A stretch of DNA of 7,014 nt from a virus. A program made the position numbers and the translations under genes. The notes under the pieces were generated by a model that had not been told where the DNA came from, made no database searches, and saw only the letters and a list, made by a program, of their open reading frames with translations. This document shows positions 1 through 4,226 of this stretch, piece by piece (the stretch's first letter is position 1; the number at the start of each line of letters is the position of its first letter). The stretch is from IMG/VR virus record IMGVR_UViG_3300029334_000087, one strand, 5' to 3'.

Positions 1-103
1 ATTTCCGATACTTTTACGAGTATTAATAATGGTTTATTTACTTCGCGCGCTATTGAAACTGCTTCCTCTGTAGGTCAGAGTAACCCAAGTAGTATTTATC
101 TTT
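1..103. repeat. Terminal redundancy (copy 1) of a circular genome assembly
   Basis: Bases 1..103 (atttccgatacttttacgag...agtatttatcttt) match 6912..7014 exactly, at an offset of 6911. Confidence 0.97.
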
Positions 104-882
104 CGTTGCTCGACATCCGTATTGCAAAGTGTCTCCAGCGCTGGAAAGCTGTTTCACTTACCAATCGTATGGACTATAAGAACCAGGTAAAAGCGCATCT
201 TGGTGCTACCGTTCCTGATGGTCGTGTTGACCTTGCAGAATATATTGGCGGTCATTCCAATAGCTTAAATATTTCTGAGGTTACTAATACTGCTGAAAAT
301 CAAGGTAATATCAGTGGTAAGGGTACAATGTATTCTAATAATGATACTATTACTTTCGATGTTAAAGAACATGGTATTATTATGTGCATTTACCATCTTG
401 TCCCCGAAATCGATTACAGCGGTTATCAGCTCCAGCGTCAGCATACCAAGAGCCACTTTATGGATTATTTGCAACCCGAATATCAACACCTTGGTCTTGC
501 TCCAATGTATGTGCGTGATTATTCTACGGTTAATCTCGATACTGCGGATGATGTTATTATTAACCCCGATGTCCTTGTTGGTTATAATACACGTTATCCC
601 GAATATAAATGCCGTATCGATAACGCACACGGTGAGCTTACCCTTGGTGGCTCTCTCCAGTCTTGGACTATTCCAAGTAATCTTAGTAAATTTATTAACT
701 CGTTTAGTCCTAAGCGTGTCCAGCTCGATTATGGCGACTTAAAGATTGACCCTAATATTGATAGCACTATTTTCAAAACTGCTTTTAATGGTCAAGAGAA
801 TACCGACCATTATTATAGTAATTGTTATTTCAATATTTCTGCCATTCGCCCCCTCGATGCTGATGAATTGCCTTATCAGTAA
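1..882 (+). CDS. Major capsid protein (Microviridae VP1/F family), C-terminal 293 codons; continues from 5886..6911 across the circular junction
   Basis: Position 1 is in frame with the ATG at 5886 once the 6911-nt period is applied (1026 nt = 342 codons to the junction). The frame is open from base 1 (ISDTFTSINN...) and stops at TAA 880..882. The track start at 106 is an internal TTG. It contains the F-protein-like segment DIRIAKCLQRWKAVSL...DYKNQVKAHLGATVPDGRVDLAEYIGG, resembling the conserved Q-W-E...RY...FGV..D.RL.RPEYLGG block. Confidence 0.93.
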   Translation: MSDTFTSINNGLFTSRAIETASSVGQSNPSSIYLSLLDIRIAKCLQRWKAVSLTNRMDYKNQVKAHLGATVPDGRVDLAEYIGGHSNSLNISEVTNTAENQGNISGKGTMYSNNDTITFDVKEHGIIMCIYHLVPEIDYSGYQLQRQHTKSHFMDYLQPEYQHLGLAPMYVRDYSTVNLDTADDVIINPDVLVGYNTRYPEYKCRIDNAHGELTLGGSLQSWTIPSNLSKFINSFSPKRVQLDYGDLKIDPNIDSTIFKTAFNGQENTDHYYSNCYFNISAIRPLDADELPYQ

Positions 883-935
883 TGTTTAACCTTGGCCGAA
901 AGCGATTGTGAGTAGGCCTTTTAATTTTTTTTTTC

Positions 936-1322
936 ATGAGTTCCGTTAAAGAAAGTGCATTATATAGCCAATATATGGCCAAGGTGCAAGAAAATTCTCT
1001 TTATGAGCTGTGCAAGGATGAGCACGGACACGTTGTTAACGATATTGCTTTGTTGCTTAATATTGAACGACTTTCACCAAGTGACCAAAATCAGGTTAAA
1101 AAGATGTTTGCTGACAACCCTGACGTTGTTAACCCTAATGATGGTTTAAGTGATGAAGCTATTGAGCATACTATACTCCCTCGTTATGTTCAAACACGTT
1201 CAGAGATGGCACGTTATGCTGCTGCTCGTGAAAAGCAGTTTAATGAACATCTAAGCGAACAAAAGTACCAGCGTAAGCTGAAAGATATTGCTAAACAATT
1301 TGATGATTCCAAAACTGATTGA
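936..1322 (+). CDS. Hypothetical 128-aa acidic protein; by position a candidate internal scaffolding (VP3/B-like) protein
   Basis: ATG 936 to TGA 1320..1322. It lies between the capsid and pilot genes, shares their T-ending codon style, and its stop is 2 nt from the next ATG. It is charged and helical-looking (…RSEMARYAAAREKQFNEHLSEQKYQRKLKDIAKQFDD). I recognise no diagnostic motif, so the function is positional inference only. Confidence 0.7.
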   Translation: MSSVKESALYSQYMAKVQENSLYELCKDEHGHVVNDIALLLNIERLSPSDQNQVKKMFADNPDVVNPNDGLSDEAIEHTILPRYVQTRSEMARYAAAREKQFNEHLSEQKYQRKLKDIAKQFDDSKTD

Positions 1323-1324
1323 TT

Positions 1325-2875
1325 ATGAGTACTCTCGGTATTATTTCGGCTGTTGTTGGTTCCATATCGTCTATATCTGGTGCTATATCTTCCGGTTCAG
1401 ATAAAGCACGTAAACCAACTGATAGTGCAGCCTTACGTAGCAAGGACCCTTATCGCTTTGCTCAAAATGTTGGTGTTGAAGTCAATGGTAACTATGATTA
1501 TTATGTACAAGTAGCTCAACGTTATGGCATTCAGGTTCTTTCTAAAGAAGAATTTGCCCAAGAAATCGCTAACAATAAAAATGCCGATGCTAATGCCAAA
1601 TATGGTGCTTTGGTTAATGCTGGTTATAAGGATGTTGATGCTCTCGGTGACCATCTTGGTAAATCTTTTACTCAGCAGGACCAAGACGAGCTTCTTAGCT
1701 CTTCCACGCGTTCGGCTAATGATAGTGACCCTATAGGCCAAATGCTACAGCAACGCGGTGCTGGTGCTGTTCCGTCTTCTTTGATGCCGTTTGGTAGTGA
1801 TTTATATTATCAAGATGTTTTGAATCAACAAGCTGAACAACGCGCCTATGCTTACCAAACAGAGTTACGAGATTATGATAACGCCTATAATTCCGCTGCT
1901 GCTCAACGTCAACGGTTTGAAGCTGCTGGACTTAACCCCCAATTGATGTTTGGTGAGTCTGGAACTGCTGGTACTAGTACTAATAGTGGCGCACCTCGTA
2001 CCTCTGCTCCCGATGTCGCCGCAATGGGCAGTGCTGCCGCTGCTCAAAAAACAGCTGATACAAACAAATTCCAAGCCATAGTGCAAGGTGTTAACAGTGT
2101 CTTTCAGCTCGGTATTAATCTTTTTGGTGAAATCGTTAAGCAACACTTAGGTATCGAGCAAAATCAAATAGGTTGGGCTGATGTCCGCAACAAAGGTAAA
2201 GGTTTGGAAATTGATGCGAAAAATGCCCAAACAAATTATGAGAATGCCCAAACTAATATGAAGAATGCAGAAACTAATGCTTTTGCCGCTTCAAGTACTG
2301 CTAATCTTCAAGATGCTCTTGAAAACGAAAGCCGTGCACGGTATGCAACTGAGGTTCAAGAAAGCCTATTGAAACGTAAGTTAAACGAGACTTTTTTTTC
2401 TTCTTGGCAAAAACAACAAGCTTTGTATAATGCTCAGGTCTTTTCTTTGGTTACGCAAGGTAAGTTTAATGAAGCCAAGACATTGAGTGAAAATGTTGCT
2501 TATGCTCAGAATAAATTGTTATACAGGCAATTACAAATTGATACTCAATTAAACTATGGTTGGTTAATGAATATGACCTCTCAGGAAGCAACGGATTTTT
2601 TTAACGCCTTGGATAAACTTAATAAGGAGATTTTCGATTTACGAAAAAATACTGAGCTTTCTAAAGGTCAAATTGAGAAGCAAGAATCGCGTATTTATGC
2701 AAAATTTATGCAATCTAAATATGGTCAATATTGCACTAGTGCTGGCCTTGTTATAAACAAAACGCCTTTGTTAAAAGAAGGTCTTCAACTAAGTGGTCAA
2801 TTGTTGTTAAAAAAGTTAGGTAAAGTGCCGCCTCAATCTGCCCCTAGCGTTACACAAAATTATTACTCTTATTAA
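1325..2875 (+). CDS. Minor capsid / DNA pilot protein (Microviridae VP2/H-like), 516 aa
   Basis: The ATG at 1325 is preferred over the track's TTG at 1319; the stop is TAA 2873..2875. The N-terminus is hydrophobic and Gly/Ser-rich (STLGIISAVVGSISSISGAISSGS). It carries the VP2-typical block NAYNSAAAQRQRFEAAGLNPQLMF, Q/A/N-rich low complexity and a long coiled-coil-like C-terminal half. Confidence 0.88.
   Translation: MSTLGIISAVVGSISSISGAISSGSDKARKPTDSAALRSKDPYRFAQNVGVEVNGNYDYYVQVAQRYGIQVLSKEEFAQEIANNKNADANAKYGALVNAGYKDVDALGDHLGKSFTQQDQDELLSSSTRSANDSDPIGQMLQQRGAGAVPSSLMPFGSDLYYQDVLNQQAEQRAYAYQTELRDYDNAYNSAAAQRQRFEAAGLNPQLMFGESGTAGTSTNSGAPRTSAPDVAAMGSAAAAQKTADTNKFQAIVQGVNSVFQLGINLFGEIVKQHLGIEQNQIGWADVRNKGKGLEIDAKNAQTNYENAQTNMKNAETNAFAASSTANLQDALENESRARYATEVQESLLKRKLNETFFSSWQKQQALYNAQVFSLVTQGKFNEAKTLSENVAYAQNKLLYRQLQIDTQLNYGWLMNMTSQEATDFFNALDKLNKEIFDLRKNTELSKGQIEKQESRIYAKFMQSKYGQYCTSAGLVINKTPLLKEGLQLSGQLLLKKLGKVPPQSAPSVTQNYYSY
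2219..2281 (+). repeat. In-frame 3 x 21-nt (heptad) tandem repeat within the pilot protein
   Basis: The repeat reads KNAQTNY / ENAQTNM / KNAETNA, encoded by aaaaatgcccaaacaaattat gagaatgcccaaactaatatg aagaatgcagaaactaatgct. The 7-aa period fits a coiled coil. Confidence 0.8.
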
Positions 2876-2879
2876 TTTT

Positions 2880-2906
2880 AGGCTGGAAAATTTCCAGCCT
2901 TTTTTT
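2880..2906 (+). terminator. Rho-independent terminator T1, downstream of the pilot gene
   Basis: aGGCTGGaaaatttCCAGCCt forms a 7-bp G/C-rich stem, extendable by A-T pairs, followed by a T7 run (2900..2906). It starts 5 nt after the VP2 stop. Confidence 0.85.
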
Positions 2907-2922
2907 AAATTGTGTTAATAAA

Positions 2923-2954
2923 TTTGTTTATTTGAAATAAAAGTCGTACTTTTG
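2923..2954 (+). promoter_or_regulatory. Bacteroides-type promoter (-33 TTTG / -7 TAnnTTTG) for the orphan ORF
   Basis: TTTG at 2923..2926, a 20-nt spacer, then TACTTTTG at 2947..2954. This matches the published Bacteroides primary-sigma consensus TTTG-N19-21-TAnnTTTG. The ATG lies 42 nt downstream. Confidence 0.6.
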
Positions 2955-2996
2955 TACCATAGAAAAGAGAATAATAACATATTAATATTTACCATT

Positions 2997-3308
2997 ATGA
3001 CAACTTACAAAATTTACAAAAATTACATCTCTGTCTCTTTTGATGACAGTGAATTAATTATTAAGTCAGATTCTGAGTTGAAATTATTCTTTTCATATCT
3101 TTTGTCTGATTATTGTCTTTATTATCTTTCTTTGCCTGTTCCTGTTTGTCAGCATTATTATTATGTATATACGATGATTGAAAAAATACAGGTTCTTTCT
3201 GCTTCTCTTGATCATCAAGTTATTGTTGATATGTTGCGCAATCTTTTTGTTATTGTACATCGTTTTAATTATCCTGAATTTCGTATAATCTTTGTTAATG
3301 AAGTCTAA
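2997..3308 (+). CDS. Orphan hypothetical protein, 103 aa (moron-like cassette gene)
   Basis: The ATG at 2997 is preferred over the track's TTG at 2952, which overlaps the -7 box; the stop is TAA at 3306..3308. Sequence: MTTYKIYKNYISVSFDDSELIIKSDSELKLFFSYLLSDYCLYYLSLPVPVCQHYYYVYTMIEKIQVLSASLDHQVIVDMLRNLFVIVHRFNYPEFRIIFVNEV. I recognise no family. It is bracketed by a promoter and two terminators. G+C is 48/180 by hand count over 3001..3180, clearly lower than in the core genes. Confidence 0.6.
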   Translation: MTTYKIYKNYISVSFDDSELIIKSDSELKLFFSYLLSDYCLYYLSLPVPVCQHYYYVYTMIEKIQVLSASLDHQVIVDMLRNLFVIVHRFNYPEFRIIFVNEV

Positions 3309-3333
3309 TATACGTTATTATTCTTGTTTTCTT

Positions 3334-3359
3334 AGGCTGGCTTATTGCCAGCCTTTTTT
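3334..3359 (+). terminator. Rho-independent terminator T2, downstream of the orphan ORF
   Basis: AGGCTGGC ttatt GCCAGCCT is a perfect 8-bp stem with a 5-nt loop, followed by a T run to 3359. The stem arms (TTAGGCTGG ... CCAGCCTTTTTT) are identical to those of T1. Confidence 0.85.
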
Positions 3360-3376
3360 ATTGTCGGCCGTTAGGC

Positions 3377-3394
3377 GCAACGATTAGGAATCGC
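3377..3394 (+). repeat. Left copy of a 16/18 direct repeat flanking the GC island
   Basis: gcaaCGATTAGGAAtCGC here against gcatCGATTAGGAAaCGC at 3901..3918. The left copy can also fold as a small hairpin, CGATT-agg-AATCG. Confidence 0.6.
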
Positions 3395-3596
3395 ACGCTA
3401 TCTATACTATCTTTGGTCGCGACTTTTGGAGCGATATAATATACTAGAACTAATATATAAAAACCGACACACCCCGCCAACTCAACATTGGCGGCGGTCG
3501 TTATGGTGGTTTTCCATAGCAATTAGCTAATATTGGTCGAGGTCATCGACCTCGGCCGCTTCGCGTTAGCGAACATGTAGTCACGCAGTGACTTAT

Positions 3597-3643
3597 TGCA
3601 CGCGTGTGCGCGCGCGCGTCTCGTGTGTGCGTACATGCGTGCA
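3597..3643. repeat. Alternating purine-pyrimidine (Z-DNA-prone) tract
   Basis: 3597..3619, tgcacgcgtgtgcgcgcgcgcgt, is 23 nt of strict Y-R alternation. A 2-nt phase break (ct) follows, then 3622..3643, cgtgtgtgcgtacatgcgtgca, gives 22 nt more. The tract contains (GC)5 and (GT)n runs. Confidence 0.75.
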
Positions 3644-3762
3644 GTCAATGCGGCTTTGCCGCCCCAATACCATGAAAAACACCGGCCACCGGGGGCCGCT
3701 TCCCCGGTCGAGGGGGTTTGGGGGGAGCGACTCTCCCCCCATGTAATTGAAATGGTACAACT

Positions 3763-3785
3763 CGACTACATCTTTGATGTAGTCG
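3763..3785 (+). repeat. Perfect 10-bp inverted repeat (hairpin) with a TTT loop
   Basis: CGACTACATC ttt GATGTAGTCG is the longest perfect stem in the window. Confidence 0.85.
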
Positions 3786-3900
3786 CAAGTCTAATTCCTC
3801 AGGAGCCGCCCTCTCTTATAGGACTATCTATATATACTTTTATAAAACAAGGTTTTAGTTTAACTATGTTTATTAGTGTATAAATAAGGGTTTGAACAAC

Positions 3901-3918
3901 GCATCGATTAGGAAACGC
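3901..3918 (+). repeat. Right copy of a 16/18 direct repeat flanking the GC island
   Basis: gcatCGATTAGGAAaCGC lies 524 nt downstream of the left copy. The hairpin potential is weakened by the t-to-a change. Confidence 0.6.
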
Positions 3919-3973
3919 CCCCTAACAAATGTTAAAATAACGCTTAAAATATGGTTTTTTCAAATATTTAGTT

Positions 3974-3981
3974 TATATTTG
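3974..3981 (+). promoter_or_regulatory. Candidate Bacteroides-type -7 box (TATATTTG) for the lipoprotein-Rep-capsid operon
   Basis: It matches TAnnTTTG and ends 28 nt upstream of ATG 4010. There is no clean TTTG at -33, only a T-rich stretch at 3955..3960. It is the only such motif between T2 and the first core-operon gene, apart from 3408..3415. Confidence 0.45.
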
Positions 3982-4009
3982 CAGCGTTCAACTATAATTT
4001 TTATATATT

Positions 4010-4225
4010 ATGACAAAAAAAGAAATTATCAAAGGTGTGTTAACTATCCTTGCAGCTGCTATTGCCGCTGCTCTTAGTTTTTTCTTTGCTTCGTGCTCTA
4101 CTTCTGCTCATATGGAGTTGAAGCATAGTCAGGATAGTTTAATTATTCGTAAGGATGGTACCGCGTCTATGACTAAAATTATGTACCAACCGTCTAACTC
4201 TTTTTTAATCTATTTATCAAAGTAG
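4010..4225 (+). CDS. Small predicted lipoprotein, 71 aa (signal peptide plus lipobox Cys29; mature about 43 aa)
   Basis: MTKKEIIKGVLTILAAAIAAALSFFFAS|CSTSAH... has a basic n-region, a hydrophobic h-region and an A-S-C lipobox-like cleavage site. The TAG stop (4223..4225) is 1 nt from the Rep ATG, which suggests translational coupling. Confidence 0.7.
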   Translation: MTKKEIIKGVLTILAAAIAAALSFFFASCSTSAHMELKHSQDSLIIRKDGTASMTKIMYQPSNSFLIYLSK

Positions 4226-4226
4226 T

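Larger units (their letters stand above)
3360..3973. other. Large non-coding region containing a GC-rich, hairpin-dense island (core about 3466..3815); function unknown
   Basis: There is no credible ORF on either strand. Hand-counted G+C is 129/200 in 3541..3740, against 20/60 in 4381..4440 (Rep). + strand hairpins: 3474..3494 (CCGCCAA/TTGGCGG), 3535..3557 (CGAGGTC/GACCTCG core), 3560..3573 (5 bp), 3579..3593 (AGTCAC/GTGACT), 3597..3643 (TGCACGC/GCGTGCA closing stem), 3650..3662 (GCGGC/GCCGC), 3688..3708 (ACCGGGG/CCCCGGT), 3720..3740 (GGGGGGAG/CTCCCCCC) and 3763..3785 (CGACTACATC/GATGTAGTCG, 10 bp). Confidence 0.8.

Noticed and set aside
106-108. Track start codons at TTG 106, TTG 1319 and TTG 2952.
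   Set aside because: TTG 106 is internal to the wrapped capsid gene. For the other two, an in-frame ATG lies 2 codons (1325) or 15 codons (2997) downstream. The 2952 TTG is part of the -7 promoter box itself.
265-630. Minus-strand ORFs 265..630, 1433..1741, 1865..2146 and 5208..5453.
   Set aside because: All four are exactly codon-aligned antisense to the real genes. T-ending sense codons therefore become A-starting antisense codons, which cannot be stops. Microviridae express one strand only, and there are no promoter or start contexts.
314-742. Same-strand ORFs nested inside real genes: 314..742 (142 aa), 955..1149, 1524..1736, 4378..4629, 4687..5202 (171 aa), 5506..5715 and 6460..6705. 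They were considered as overprinted genes like phiX174 B/K/E, and several look like hydrophobic membrane proteins.
   Set aside because: Every one is in the +1 frame relative to its host gene; I checked this by coordinates modulo 3. The real genes strongly prefer T-ending codons. That puts T at codon position 2 in the +1 frame, which excludes TAA, TAG and TGA and forces F/L/I/M/V-rich translations. Long hydrophobic +1 ORFs are therefore the expected artefact. The 171-aa ORF in Rep is the least hydrophobic and could be re-examined if it is conserved in relatives, but nothing in the sequence supports it.
891-935. Possible terminator between the capsid gene and the 128-aa ORF (GGCC...GGCC followed by a T-rich run).
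   Set aside because: The stem is only 4 bp with a 17-nt loop and no extension on either side. The T-run alone (921..934) is insufficient. It is more likely just the A/T-rich translation initiation region typical of Bacteroidota.
3691-3725. G-quadruplex potential from G5, G5 and G6 runs.
   Set aside because: There are only three long G-runs, with a 16-nt gap between the first two. The same G-runs are fully satisfied by Watson-Crick hairpins with adjacent C-runs (3688..3708, 3720..3740), which should dominate.
3596-3883. The 95-codon ORF (83 aa from ATG 3635) across the GC island: MRAVNAALPPQYHEKHRPPGAASPVEGVWGERLSPH...
   Set aside because: The track start is a TTG and I see no promoter. The frame runs straight through four or more perfect hairpins and the Z-prone tract. 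The peptide is low-complexity and Pro/Ala/Gly-rich, as expected from random GC-rich DNA, which has few stops. I cannot exclude it completely, for example as a foreign gene fragment, but structure explains the sequence better than coding.
3461-3883. Possible TAG-recoded gene: in this frame the only stops between 3461 and 3883 are two TAGs (3524, 3578).
   Set aside because: TAG is used as a genuine stop for the lipoprotein gene (4223..4225), directly abutting the Rep ATG. The read-through peptide has no protein-like character. Two stops in 140 codons of GC-rich DNA is unremarkable.
3360-3973. Known RNA or repeat classes in the island: tRNA/tmRNA (T-loop GTTCRANNC), RNase P core (GAGGAAAGUCC), hammerhead core (CUGAUGA...GAAA on either strand) and CRISPR-like spaced repeats.
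   Set aside because: I could find none of these signature strings or periodic repeat-spacer patterns by eye. The recurring 8-mer GGTCGAGG (3535, 3706) is at chance expectation for a region of this size. This is a visual screen only, and a covariance-model search is still needed.
3892-4077. A 61-aa ORF overlapping the right direct repeat, the -7 box and the lipoprotein start.
   Set aside because: It starts at TTG, spans the predicted promoter and overlaps the better-supported lipoprotein gene out of frame. The peptide is low-complexity and Cys/Tyr-rich at its end.
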